In this document: positions 1 through 7,922 of the stretch, in pieces
How positions within the stretch are numbered: the first letter of the stretch is position 1
How the letters are laid out: the number at the start of each line of letters is the position of its first letter
Notes under the pieces: generated by a model
Told to the model about the DNA's origin: nothing
Databases searched by the model: none
What the model saw: only the letters and a program-made list of their open reading frames with translations
DNA from: Acidothermus cellulolyticus 11B
Lineage (GTDB): Bacteria > Actinomycetota > Actinomycetes > Acidothermales > Acidothermaceae
Direction: 5' to 3'
Assembly (NCBI RefSeq): GCF_000015025.1
Contig: NC_008578.1
Span: 720,001 to 752,000 of the forward strand
DNA length: 32,000 nt
Program-made: the position numbers and the translations under genes

Positions 1-1
1 C

Positions 2-616
2 GATTCGGCGTTCCGTGATTCCGCGGCCGCGGATGCGCCGTCCCGCGATTCGGCATACAACGTTGTCGATGTCACGCTGGAAAGTGACGTTGTCGCCGCT
101 CGGCGCGCCCTGGTGATGTCCAGCTCCTGCGGGATTTGCGGTGTGGCGAGTATTGCCGACGTGCGGCGCCGCGGGGTTTTCGACGTCGCGGGCGATGCGG
201 TGCGGGTCGAATCCGAGGTGCTCCGGGGTCTTCCCGGCCGATTGCGCGCCGCACAGCGTCTCTTTCATCGCACCGGCGGTCTGCACGCTGCGGGACTTTT
301 CGACCCGCAGGGTGAAATTCTGGTGGTGCGTGAAGACGTCGGCCGGCACAATGCCGCGGACAAAATCGTCGGCTGGGCGCTGCGCAACCACCGGTTGCCG
401 CTGTCGGGAACGATTCTCCTCGTGAGCGGGCGCGCGTCGTTTGAATTGGTGCAGAAAGCCTACCTTGCCGGCATTCCTGTTCTGGCTGCGGTTTCTGCCC
501 CGTCGTCCCTGGCGGTGGAGCTCGCCGAGGAGGTGGGGATGACCCTCATCGGTTTTCTCCGCGATGACGGCATGAACGTGTATGCGGGTGCGCAGCGGGT
601 GACGGGATGGGCGTGA
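2..616 (+). CDS. fdhD: Formate dehydrogenase accessory sulfurtransferase FdhD, 5' end outside window
   Basis: Frame is open from base 2 with no stop before the listed GTG at 113. It carries the SSCGICG cysteine loop and the GRHNAADK motif typical of the FdhD/NarQ family. Stop is TGA 614-616. Confidence 0.85.
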   Translation, partial: DSAFRDSAAADAPSRDSAYNVVDVTLESDVVAARRALVMSSSCGICGVASIADVRRRGVFDVAGDAVRVESEVLRGLPGRLRAAQRLFHRTGGLHAAGLFDPQGEILVVREDVGRHNAADKIVGWALRNHRLPLSGTILLVSGRASFELVQKAYLAGIPVLAAVSAPSSLAVELAEEVGMTLIGFLRDDGMNVYAGAQRVTGWA

Positions 617-927
617 GCGGAAAACGGCGGCGGCCGCGGAACGGACCGCAGGAAGCCGCGCCGGGCCGGAGCGGGTCCACAACCCGCCCGCCTGCGGAGT
701 TCGTGGATATCGGGCCGGACGGCGTGCCGTGGGTCTTCCGCCGTATCACCGGCTCGACATCGGTGAAGACGTATCGCTGTCCCGGTTGCGACCAGGAGAT
801 CCGCCCCGCAACGCCGCACATTGTTGCGTGGCCGGAGGGGGATGTGGAGTCCCGTCGCCATTGGCACACCGCCTGCTGGCACGCCCGCGGTCGACGCGGC
901 GGCCAGCAGCGACGGCGTCCTGTCTGA
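607..927 (+). CDS. Small conserved-looking Cys/His (zinc-ribbon-like) protein of unknown function
   Basis: ATG 607 overlaps the fdhD stop (ATGGGCGTGA). The motif is YRCPGCDQ...(about 25 aa)...RRHWHTACWH, giving CxxC plus HxHxxC. The N-terminus is basic and low-complexity. An in-frame GTG at 703 is an alternative start. Confidence 0.55.
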   Translation: MGVSGKRRRPRNGPQEAAPGRSGSTTRPPAEFVDIGPDGVPWVFRRITGSTSVKTYRCPGCDQEIRPATPHIVAWPEGDVESRRHWHTACWHARGRRGGQQRRRPV

Positions 928-993
928 CGATCCGACGCCGGCAGCCGCGCTCACCGGGAGGGGCTTGGACGGCAGCCGCGCTGACGGCAGCCG

Positions 994-1015
994 CGCTCAC
1001 CGGTCGCGGTGAGCG
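994..1015. terminator. Hairpin between convergent genes (candidate bidirectional intrinsic terminator)
   Basis: CGCTCACCG-GTCG-CGGTGAGCG forms a perfect 9-bp stem with a 4-nt loop. It lies between the stop at 927 (+) and the stop at 1052 (-). There is no U-tract, which is common in actinobacteria. Confidence 0.5.
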
Positions 1016-1051
1016 TCCGGTTACTGGCCGGATCGGATCCGGGCCGTGCGG

Positions 1052-2572
1052 CTACGGCGTCGGCTGGGCAAGCCAGCGGACGAGCTCATCGGGGTGTCGC
1101 GGCAGGGCCGCGGTGAGATTCCGATATCCGCCGGGGGTTATGACGACGTCGTCCTCGATGCGCACGCCGATGCCCCGAAGTTCCGGCGGCACGGTGAGGT
1201 CATCGGGCTGGAAATACAGGCCGGGCTCCACCGTGAGCACGTGTCCGGGTTCGAGAAATCCGTCGTGGTAGCGGTTGCGGCGGGCGGCGGCGCAGTCGTG
1301 CACGTCGAGTCCGAGCATGTGCCCGGGGTTGTGCAGGGTGTAGCGGCGATGCAGGTCCCCGTGCGGTCCGTCGATATCCGCGGCGGACGCGGGGAGCAGT
1401 CCCCAGTCGGCGAGGCCCTGAGCCAGCACCGCCGCCGCGGCCCGGTAGTAATCACGGAAAGCCGCGCCCGGCTTGAGGGCGGCGAATGCGGCTTCCTGGG
1501 CGGCCAGCACGAGTTGGTAGACCTGCCGCTGCGCCTCGGTGAATGCTCCGCTGATCGGCATGGTGCGGGTGACGTCCGCGGTGTAGCCGTGGCGTGTTTC
1601 CACCCCGGCGTCGAGCAGGAGGAGCTGGCCCTTGTGCAGCAGGCCGTCATTGCGGGTCCAGTGCAGGACGCAGGCGTGCGGACCGGCGGCTGCGATGGTG
1701 GGGTAACCGACGTCGTTCCCCTCGGCGCGGGCCCGCCGCCAGAATGTGCCGTCCACCCAGCGCTCGCTGATGTCCACGTCTCGCTCGGCGGCCGCCCGAA
1801 TTTCCCGCGCGACGTCGGCGAAACCGCGAATTGTTGCGTCGGCAGCCGTGGTGAGTTCGGCAATTTCCCAGTCGTCCTTGAGCAGCCGGAGCTCGGCCAG
1901 CAGCGTCGCGAGCGACCGGTCGTCGGGGTGAGGCGGCACGACGGCGTCCACCCGCGGGTCGTGACCGCGCAGGACGACGGTCCGGCTCTCCTCGCTTCGC
2001 TGGAGACGTTCGATGCATTCCTCCAGCGGTGCCGTGGCAATGTCCAACTGACGTTCCAGGTCGCGGAGACTGGGTTGCGGGCCGGTCCACAATTCGCCGT
2101 ACTGCCGGTCCCGGAAGAATTCGTCGCTGTCATGCCGGGATTTCGGCGCCCGTGCGTAGAGCACGGCGTCGGTGTCGTCCAGGACGAGGACGGCGTCGGG
2201 CAGGTTAGCGCCGACCAGCCACCAGAAGTCGCTGGACGCGCGGAACGGATACGCGACGTCGTTGTTCCGGGTCTTTGGCGCGCCGGCGGGGACGACGATT
2301 GTCCGTCCCGGCAGGGCGTGCTGGAGGGCGCGGCGGCGCCGGGCGGCGTACCGCGCAACCGCCGCGACGGGACCGGCGTCACTGGTCCTAGGCGCCCAGC
2401 CTTGCCGCATGAACTCGACCAGCGCTGCGGACGGCTCGCTGTCGTGGCTGGCCGTTGCGGGCGGCCGGGGCTCGGTTGACGTGGTCGGCGCAGCGTCCGG
2501 AGCGGGTGGGTGACGTCGGTCAGTTGACGTCGCCGGAGCGGGATCGGCAGTCATGTGTCCATGGAACACCAT
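1052..2572 (-). CDS. pepP: Xaa-Pro aminopeptidase (M24B, aminopeptidase P family)
   Basis: AMP_N-like segment AYPFRASSDFWWLVG. M24 metal-ligand contexts are LLLDAGVE, GYTADVTRT, HMLGLDVHD, VLTVEPGLYF and GVRIEDDVVIT. The listed ORF runs to 2833 but crosses the non-coding 25-bp repeat array. Likely starts are ATG 2572 (MVFHGHM...) or ATG 2554 (MTADPAP...). Confidence 0.88.
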   Translation of the reverse strand: MVFHGHMTADPAPATSTDRRHPPAPDAAPTTSTEPRPPATASHDSEPSAALVEFMRQGWAPRTSDAGPVAAVARYAARRRRALQHALPGRTIVVPAGAPKTRNNDVAYPFRASSDFWWLVGANLPDAVLVLDDTDAVLYARAPKSRHDSDEFFRDRQYGELWTGPQPSLRDLERQLDIATAPLEECIERLQRSEESRTVVLRGHDPRVDAVVPPHPDDRSLATLLAELRLLKDDWEIAELTTAADATIRGFADVAREIRAAAERDVDISERWVDGTFWRRARAEGNDVGYPTIAAAGPHACVLHWTRNDGLLHKGQLLLLDAGVETRHGYTADVTRTMPISGAFTEAQRQVYQLVLAAQEAAFAALKPGAAFRDYYRAAAAVLAQGLADWGLLPASAADIDGPHGDLHRRYTLHNPGHMLGLDVHDCAAARRNRYHDGFLEPGHVLTVEPGLYFQPDDLTVPPELRGIGVRIEDDVVITPGGYRNLTAALPRHPDELVRWLAQPTP

Positions 2573-2650
2573 GCCCGCTGACCCGGCCAGGCAGCCGACT
2601 GCTGAGCCGGCCGGGTCACCGAGACGCGAGCCGTGACAGCGTCGTCGCCC

Positions 2651-2750
2651 CAGCCGCGACCGTGCGCGGGTCACCCAGCCGCGACCGTGCGCGGGGCACC
2701 CAGCCGCGACCGTGCGCGGGGCACCCAGTCGCGACGGTGCGCGGGGCACC
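2651..2750. repeat. 25-bp tandem repeat x4 in a divergent intergenic region
   Basis: The unit is CAGCCGCGACCGTGCGCGGG(T/G)CACC at 2651, 2676, 2701 and 2726. Copies 2 and 3 are identical, copy 1 has 1 mismatch and copy 4 has 2. Degenerate copies appear to extend back to about 2600. Confidence 0.95.
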
Positions 2751-2760
2751 CGATGCCCGG

Positions 2761-2766
2761 TAACGT
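2761..2766 (+). promoter_or_regulatory. -10-like hexamer TAACGT (TANNNT), 8 nt upstream of GTG 2775
   Basis: Context is CGGTAACGT followed by 8 nt and the GTG start, with no Shine-Dalgarno sequence. This is consistent with a leaderless transcript. Confidence 0.35.
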
Positions 2767-2774
2767 GGCCATCC

Positions 2775-3557
2775 GTGACCACGACGTCGCCGGTGAGCCC
2801 GCCCCTCGTCTTATTGCCGGCCTTCCCCTTCACCGCCCGGATGTGGGACCGGGTGCGGCCGCTGCTGGCGGCGACCGGGGTGGACGTCGTGACTCCCGAC
2901 TACCGGGGGGCGCACGATCCGGCGCAGCTGGACGGCGTCGAACCGTCGCTCGACGTGCTCGCCGACGACGTCGTCACGCTGCTCGATGACCGCGGCGTCG
3001 GCCAAGCGATTGTCGGCGGGGTCTCGATGGGCGGTTACGTGACGATGGCGCTGGCCCGTCGTCATCCCGAGCGGCTTGCCGGGGTGATTCTGGCCGACAC
3101 GCGGGCGACCGCCGACGACGAGACGACGCGGGCCAACCGGCTTGCGATAGCGGCGCAGCTGGAGGCCGACGGCCGGGTTGACGTGTTGGTGGAGAAGACC
3201 CTTCCCGGGCTCCCGGGTGCGACGACCAAGGCGGAGCGGCCGGAACTGCTGGCGGAACTGCAGGCCATCACCGCCTCGGTGCCTGCGGTGACCGCGGCGT
3301 GGTGGCAGCGGGCGATGGCAGTCCGGCCCGATTCGACCGAGACGCTTCGCCGGCTTCGCGTACCGGCCCTGGTCATCGTCGGAGCCGAGGACGTCGTCTC
3401 GCCTCCTGATGCCGCCGCAGCGATGGCCATGGCGGTGCCCGACGGACGGCTCGTGACGATCCCGGCCGCCGGGCATCTCACGCCCATAGAGGCCCCGGAA
3501 CTGTTCGCTGGCGCGGTCGCCGGCTTTGTCACCGAACTGGTGAGCGCTGCTCGATGA
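2775..3557 (+). CDS. Alpha/beta-fold hydrolase
   Basis: Nucleophile elbow GVSMGG, a C-terminal AAGHLTPIEAPE histidine context, and an LLPAFPF N-terminus. Start is set at GTG 2775 because the upstream part of listed ORF 2712..3557 lies in the 25-bp repeat. Confidence 0.8.
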   Translation: MTTTSPVSPPLVLLPAFPFTARMWDRVRPLLAATGVDVVTPDYRGAHDPAQLDGVEPSLDVLADDVVTLLDDRGVGQAIVGGVSMGGYVTMALARRHPERLAGVILADTRATADDETTRANRLAIAAQLEADGRVDVLVEKTLPGLPGATTKAERPELLAELQAITASVPAVTAAWWQRAMAVRPDSTETLRRLRVPALVIVGAEDVVSPPDAAAAMAMAVPDGRLVTIPAAGHLTPIEAPELFAGAVAGFVTELVSAAR

Positions 3558-3795
3558 CCTGCTTTCCCTTGTCGACCCAGTGGTCGAATGCCCCGGATTG
3601 GTAGGCAACGAAGGCGCCGGCGACGATCAAGGCGATGAGGGCGAGCCCGATGAGTTTGCGCAGCAGGGCGATGAGCGCGAGTACCGCGAAAATCACGATG
3701 ACCGGAATGGTGAAGCTGAGCTTGGGGACCGGCAGAACGCGGGCGGCCGCGGCCGGGAGGTGAGCGGCTGACGCCGCAAGGTGGGTCACCAGCAT
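3529..3795 (-). CDS. Small membrane protein (about 86-88 aa, two predicted TM helices)
   Basis: This is the C-terminal part of listed ORF 3529..5187. The sequence MLVTHLAAS...FTIPVIVIFAVLALIALLRKLIGLALIALIVAGAFVAY has high third-position GC by hand count. GAGG lies 7 nt before GTG 3789, so the start is 3795 or 3789. The 3' end overlaps the hydrolase 3' end by 29 bp. Confidence 0.55.
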   Translation of the reverse strand: MLVTHLAASAAHLPAAAARVLPVPKLSFTIPVIVIFAVLALIALLRKLIGLALIALIVAGAFVAYQSGAFDHWVDKGKQVIEQRSPVR

Positions 3796-3814
3796 GCCTC
3801 GTATGATCGCAGAT

Positions 3815-3850
3815 CTTTGCTGCCGCGCAAAGGGTGACAAGCGGGTCACC
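3815..3850. promoter_or_regulatory. Two abutting 6-6-6 palindromes (candidate operator pair)
   Basis: CTTTGC-tgccgc-GCAAAG spans 3815-3832 and is immediately followed by GGTGAC-aagcgg-GTCACC at 3833-3850. Both lie in the 99-bp divergent region between the small membrane gene and the thiolase. Confidence 0.35.
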
Positions 3851-3882
3851 TGCGACAGAGGGGTGTCAGCGACTCCACGCGG

Positions 3883-3888
3883 TAGGGT
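3883..3888 (+). promoter_or_regulatory. -10-like hexamer TAGGGT, 6 nt upstream of ATG 3895
   Basis: The 10-mer CGGTAGGGTC is shared with the glgP upstream region (16507-16516). The spacing fits a leaderless mRNA. It could alternatively act as a weak AGGG Shine-Dalgarno sequence. Confidence 0.35.
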
Positions 3889-3894
3889 CGCGTT

Positions 3895-5073
3895 ATGGCC
3901 GTCATCGTGGCCGGGGCGCGCACGCCTATCGGCCGGCTCCTCGGCAGTCTTGCCGAGCTTTCCGCCGTCCAGCTCGGTGGAGCCGCCATTCGCGCCGCGC
4001 TCGAGCGGGGCGGGGCGCCGCCGTCCGAGGTGGATTACGTCATCATGGGCCAGGTGTTGCAAGCCGGGGCGGGGCAAATTCCCGCCCGGCAAGCGGCGGT
4101 GGCGGCGGGAATTCCGCTGACCGTGCCCGCCCTCACCCTCAACAAGGTCTGTCTCTCCGGTCTGAATGCCATTGCGCTGGCCGGGCAACTGGCCGACGCG
4201 GGTGAGTGCGACGTCATCGTGGCTGGCGGGATGGAATCGATGACGAATGCGCCTCATCTGCTGCCCGGATTGCGTCGCGGTCTGCGGTACGGCGACGGCA
4301 AGCTCCTGGACGCGATGGCTGTCGACGGACTGGTCGATGCCTTCGACCACCTGTCGATGGGTGAATCGACCGAACGCCACAATGCGCGGTACGGCATCAC
4401 GCGGGAGGCGCAGGATGCTTTTGCCGCCCGTTCGCATCAGCTCGCCGCCGCGGCCCGTGACAGCGGTCGCTTTGACGCCGAGATCGTGCCGGTGCCGGTG
4501 CCGTCTCGGCGCGGCGAATCCCGCATCGTGCAGACGGATGAGGGGATTCGGCCCGAGACGACGCCGGAAATTCTGGCGAAACTGCCCCCGGCGTTCACCC
4601 CGGACGGGACGATAACCGCGGGAAGTTCCTCGCAGATTTCGGACGGCGCCTGCGCGGTCATCGTGGCGAACCGGCGGGTCGCCGAAGCGCGCGGCTGGCC
4701 GATTCTGGCCGAAATCGGCGCGCACGGAATGGTCGCGGGGCCGGACAACTCCCTCCATTCGCAACCGGCACGTGCGATTGTGCGCGCGCTGAACCGCGAC
4801 GGTCTGCGCGTCGATGACGTCGCGCTCTTCGAAATCAATGAGGCCTTTGCCGCCGTCGTCCTCGCCTCGATGCACGAGCTTGGTGTCGATGAGGAGAAGG
4901 TGAACGTCAACGGCGGGGCCATCGCGCTCGGTCACCCGATCGGCGCCTCGGGTGCCCGGCTTGTCCTCCACCTTGCTCTGGAATTGCGCCGCCGCGGCGG
5001 CGGAATCGGCGTCGCCGGACTCTGCGGCGGCGGGGGGCAGGGTGACGCCCTTGTCCTTCGGGTCTTCCCTTGA
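3895..5073 (+). CDS. Acetyl-CoA C-acetyltransferase (thiolase II)
   Basis: Shows [13 protein letters not shown], the active-site context [28 protein letters not shown], and the C-terminal [11 protein letters not shown]. Confidence 0.93.
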   Translation: MAVIVAGARTPIGRLLGSLAELSAVQLGGAAIRAALERGGAPPSEVDYVIMGQVLQAGAGQIPARQAAVAAGIPLTVPALTLNKVCLSGLNAIALAGQLADAGECDVIVAGGMESMTNAPHLLPGLRRGLRYGDGKLLDAMAVDGLVDAFDHLSMGESTERHNARYGITREAQDAFAARSHQLAAAARDSGRFDAEIVPVPVPSRRGESRIVQTDEGIRPETTPEILAKLPPAFTPDGTITAGSSSQISDGACAVIVANRRVAEARGWPILAEIGAHGMVAGPDNSLHSQPARAIVRALNRDGLRVDDVALFEINEAFAAVVLASMHELGVDEEKVNVNGGAIALGHPIGASGARLVLHLALELRRRGGGIGVAGLCGGGGQGDALVLRVFP

Positions 5074-5077
5074 GGTG

Positions 5078-6097
5078 ATGGAGATCCCGGCGGCCGCGCG
5101 TGGCGCCGCACTGCAGCGGACGGTCGCCGCCGCGCGGACCGGCGACCCGCGCGCGATCGGCCGTCTGCTGTCGCTTGTTGAGAACACCGACCCGGTCTGC
5201 GATGACGCACCGCTTCAGGCGCTCTGGTCGGCATTTCCACGGCCGCTGGCGTGCGGTTACGTCCTTGGCGTCACCGGTGCGCCGGGTGTCGGGAAATCCA
5301 CGCTGGTTGCGGCGCTCATCGCGGCTTTCCGGCGCGACGGGATGCGGGTCGGCGTCTTGGCTGTCGATCCGTCGTCTCCGTTCACCGGCGGGGCATTGCT
5401 GGGTGACCGGATCCGCATGCACGCGCATACGACCGATCCCGGGGTTTTCCTCCGGTCGATGGCCGCACGAGGCCACCTGGGCGGACTGGCCCCGGCGACG
5501 CCGATGGCGATCCGGCTTCTGGAGGCACTCGGTTTCGACGTCGTCCTCGTGGAGACCGTCGGCGTCGGCCAGGGTGAAATCGCCGTGGCCCGCGCGGTCG
5601 ACACCACGCTGGTCGTGACCGCCCCCGGTCTGGGTGATGCGGTGCAAGCAGCGAAGGCCGGCGTCCTGGAAATCGCCGATATCTTCGTCGCCAACAAGGC
5701 GGATCATCCCGGCGCGGACCAGACCGTCCGTGAGCTGCGCCAGACGCTGGCGGTGGAATCGAGTGGTCCGGACGGCTGGCGGCGGCCGGTGGTCCGCACG
5801 GTGGCAACGCGTGGCGACATCGATGAGCTCGTTGATGCGGTGCGCCGGCATCGCGATCGGCTCGCGCAGGGCGGCGGGCGTGACCGGCGACGGCGACGGG
5901 CGGCGGACGACGTCCGCGCGCTGGTTTTTCGCCACTATGCGGGCCGGTTGACCGAGGTGATGACCGGTGCTGAATTTGACGCACTGGCGGATCGGGTCGC
6001 GGCCGGCGAGCTCGATCTGCTGACGGCGGTGCGGGCGGTGCTCGCCGACACGCGTGCCGCGGTGGCGCGGGCCGTTTCGCCGCCGGCGACGTCGTGA
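5078..6097 (+). CDS. meaB: Methylmalonyl/isobutyryl-CoA mutase-associated G-protein chaperone (MeaB/ArgK family)
   Basis: P-loop GVTGAPGVGKST, VDPSSPFTGGALLGDRIRM, ETVGVGQ and NKAD motifs. The start (GTG 5075 or ATG 5078) lies 1-4 nt after the thiolase stop. The stop overlaps the icmA start (GTGA). Confidence 0.9.
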   Translation: MEIPAAARGAALQRTVAAARTGDPRAIGRLLSLVENTDPVCDDAPLQALWSAFPRPLACGYVLGVTGAPGVGKSTLVAALIAAFRRDGMRVGVLAVDPSSPFTGGALLGDRIRMHAHTTDPGVFLRSMAARGHLGGLAPATPMAIRLLEALGFDVVLVETVGVGQGEIAVARAVDTTLVVTAPGLGDAVQAAKAGVLEIADIFVANKADHPGADQTVRELRQTLAVESSGPDGWRRPVVRTVATRGDIDELVDAVRRHRDRLAQGGGRDRRRRRAADDVRALVFRHYAGRLTEVMTGAEFDALADRVAAGELDLLTAVRAVLADTRAAVARAVSPPATS

Positions 6098-7794
6098 GAG
6101 CGGAAGAGGCCGAGAGGAGGCTTCTCGTGGACGCGGCGGGAATTGAAGCAGGCCGGCAACGGTGGCGCGCCCGGTACGAGGCCGCGGGCCTGGCCGAACG
6201 CACGACCCTCTCCGGCATTCCGCTCGAACCGGTGTACGGACCACCGTCCGGCGCGGCGGATCCGCGATTCGACCGCATCGGATGGCCGGGGGAATTTCCC
6301 TATACCCGTGGGCTGTATCCCACCGGATACCGCGGACGGCCTTGGACGATACGGCAATTCGCCGGCTTCGGCACCGCCGAGCAGACGAATGCGCGCTACC
6401 GGATGATTCTGGCCGGCGGCGGCACCGGGCTCTCCGTGGCGTTCGACATGCCGACCCTGATGGGTCGGGACTCCGACGATCCGCGTGCAGCCGGCGAGGT
6501 CGGGCACTGCGGCGTCGCGGTCGATTCGGCGGCCGACATGGACACCCTGTTCGCCGGCATCCCGCTTGATAAGGTCACGGTCTCCATGACAATCAGTGGA
6601 CCGGCGCTGCCCATCTTCTGCATGTACCTGGTCGCCGCCGAGCGGCAAGGGGTTGACCGGCGCACCCTGAACGGTACGCTACAGACCGATATTCTCAAGG
6701 AATACATCGCCCAGAAGGAATGGCTGTTCCCGCCGGAACCGCACCTGCGCCTCATCGGCGATTTATTGGAGTTTTGTGCGCAGGAGATGCCCGCATACAA
6801 GCCGCTGTCGGTGTCCGGCTATCACATCCGTGAGGCAGGTGCCACGGCCGTGCAGGAATTGGCCTTCACCTTGGCGGACGGATTCGGGTACGTCGAACTC
6901 GGCCGGTCCCGCGGTCTGGACGCCGACGCCGTCGCCCCGCTGCTCTCGTTCTTTTTCGACGCGCACATCGACTTCTTCGAAGAAATTGCCAAGTTCCGCG
7001 CAGCCCGCCGGATTTGGGCGCGGTGGATGCGTGACCGGTACGGCGCCCGGCGGGAGCGGGCATGGTGGCTTCGCTTTCACACCCAGACCGCAGGGGTGTC
7101 TCTGACCGCTCAGCAGCCGGCGAATAACGTGGTCCGGACCGCGATCGAGGCGCTCGCCGCCGTGCTGGGCGGCACGAACTCGCTGCACACCAACGCGTTC
7201 GATGAAGTGTTGGCGTTGCCGACTGAGCACGCTGCGCAGGTCGCTCTTCGCACCCAGCAGGTGATTGCCGAGGAGACCGGCGTCACGCACGTCATCGACC
7301 CGCTCGGCGGTTCCTGGTACGTCGAGGAGCTCACCGATCGGCTCGACGCGGAGGCGGAGAACATATTCGCGGAAATCCAGCAGCTCAGCGCGGATGGAAC
7401 AATGCTCTCCGGAATTCTCCGCGGGATCGAGACCGGATGGTTCACCGACCAGATCGCCCGTGCCGCGTTCGAGCAGCAGCAGGCGATCGAGTCCGGCGAG
7501 CGGCGGATCGTCGGCGTCAACTGCTTCACCGACACGGTCGACGCGCCCGTCGAGATCCTTCGCATTCCGCCGGAGGTGGAGGAGGACCAACGGCGGCGGC
7601 TCGCTGCGCGGAAAGCCCATCGTGACGAGTCGGCGGTGCGCAGAGCCCTCACCGCATTACGGACCGCCGCGCGCAGCACGGAGAACCTTGTACCGCCGAT
7701 GCTTGACGCCGTCCGTGCCGAAGCAACGCTGGGCGAAATCTGCGGAGTCCTCTACGACGAATGGGGCGGTTACGAAGAAACTCCCCGGTTTTAG
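6094..7794 (+). CDS. icmA: Acyl-CoA mutase large (substrate-binding) subunit, isobutyryl-CoA mutase type, no B12-binding domain
   Basis: 566 aa. RQFAGFG has Phe at residue 89, and TLQTDILKEYIAQKEWLFPP has Gln at residue 207, exactly where methylmalonyl-CoA mutase has Tyr89 and Arg207. The protein ends before any DxHxxG cobalamin-binding domain. Confidence 0.85.
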   Translation: MRAEEAERRLLVDAAGIEAGRQRWRARYEAAGLAERTTLSGIPLEPVYGPPSGAADPRFDRIGWPGEFPYTRGLYPTGYRGRPWTIRQFAGFGTAEQTNARYRMILAGGGTGLSVAFDMPTLMGRDSDDPRAAGEVGHCGVAVDSAADMDTLFAGIPLDKVTVSMTISGPALPIFCMYLVAAERQGVDRRTLNGTLQTDILKEYIAQKEWLFPPEPHLRLIGDLLEFCAQEMPAYKPLSVSGYHIREAGATAVQELAFTLADGFGYVELGRSRGLDADAVAPLLSFFFDAHIDFFEEIAKFRAARRIWARWMRDRYGARRERAWWLRFHTQTAGVSLTAQQPANNVVRTAIEALAAVLGGTNSLHTNAFDEVLALPTEHAAQVALRTQQVIAEETGVTHVIDPLGGSWYVEELTDRLDAEAENIFAEIQQLSADGTMLSGILRGIETGWFTDQIARAAFEQQQAIESGERRIVGVNCFTDTVDAPVEILRIPPEVEEDQRRRLAARKAHRDESAVRRALTALRTAARSTENLVPPMLDAVRAEATLGEICGVLYDEWGGYEETPRF

Positions 7795-7823
7795 CCGATC
7801 GAGCGGGCCGCGTTGTCCGCCGA

Positions 7824-7845
7824 GCGGCCGTCGTCGAACGGCCGC
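7824..7845 (+). terminator. Hairpin downstream of icmA
   Basis: GCGGCCGT-CGTCGA-ACGGCCGC forms an 8-bp stem with a 6-nt loop, 30 nt after the TAG at 7792-7794. Confidence 0.45.
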
Positions 7846-7922
7846 CGCCGAGCAGGTCATGCCGCGCCGAGCCGGTCACGGCAGGCGCTGAGCGGTTCAG
7901 GCCGTTCTGCGAAAATGGCAGC

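Noticed and set aside
940-1003. Three copies of GGCAGCCGCGCT (940, 971, 986) downstream of the zinc-ribbon ORF.
   Set aside because: The copies are short, GC-rich and partly part of the terminator hairpin. They are most simply explained as local slippage around the hairpin, not a separate element.
2455-2989. ORFs 2455..2763 and 2633..2989, and the N-terminal extensions of 2712..3557 and 1052..2833, all of which read through the 25-bp repeats.
   Set aside because: A period of 25 bp is not divisible by 3, so identical DNA copies yield different peptides in each copy. This behaviour is typical of non-coding tandem repeats.
3529-3557. 29-bp convergent overlap of the hydrolase and small membrane gene 3' ends, as a possible antisense regulatory arrangement.
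   Set aside because: Short convergent overlaps are common in compact actinobacterial genomes. The start and stop assignment of the small gene is itself uncertain, and there is no supporting structure.
3796-5187. Upstream 460-aa portion of listed ORF 3529..5187 (minus strand).
   Set aside because: It is antisense to the thiolase and the meaB start and has an Arg/Gly-rich composition. Only the last 88 codons (3529-3795) look like a real, hydrophobic, high-GC3 gene.
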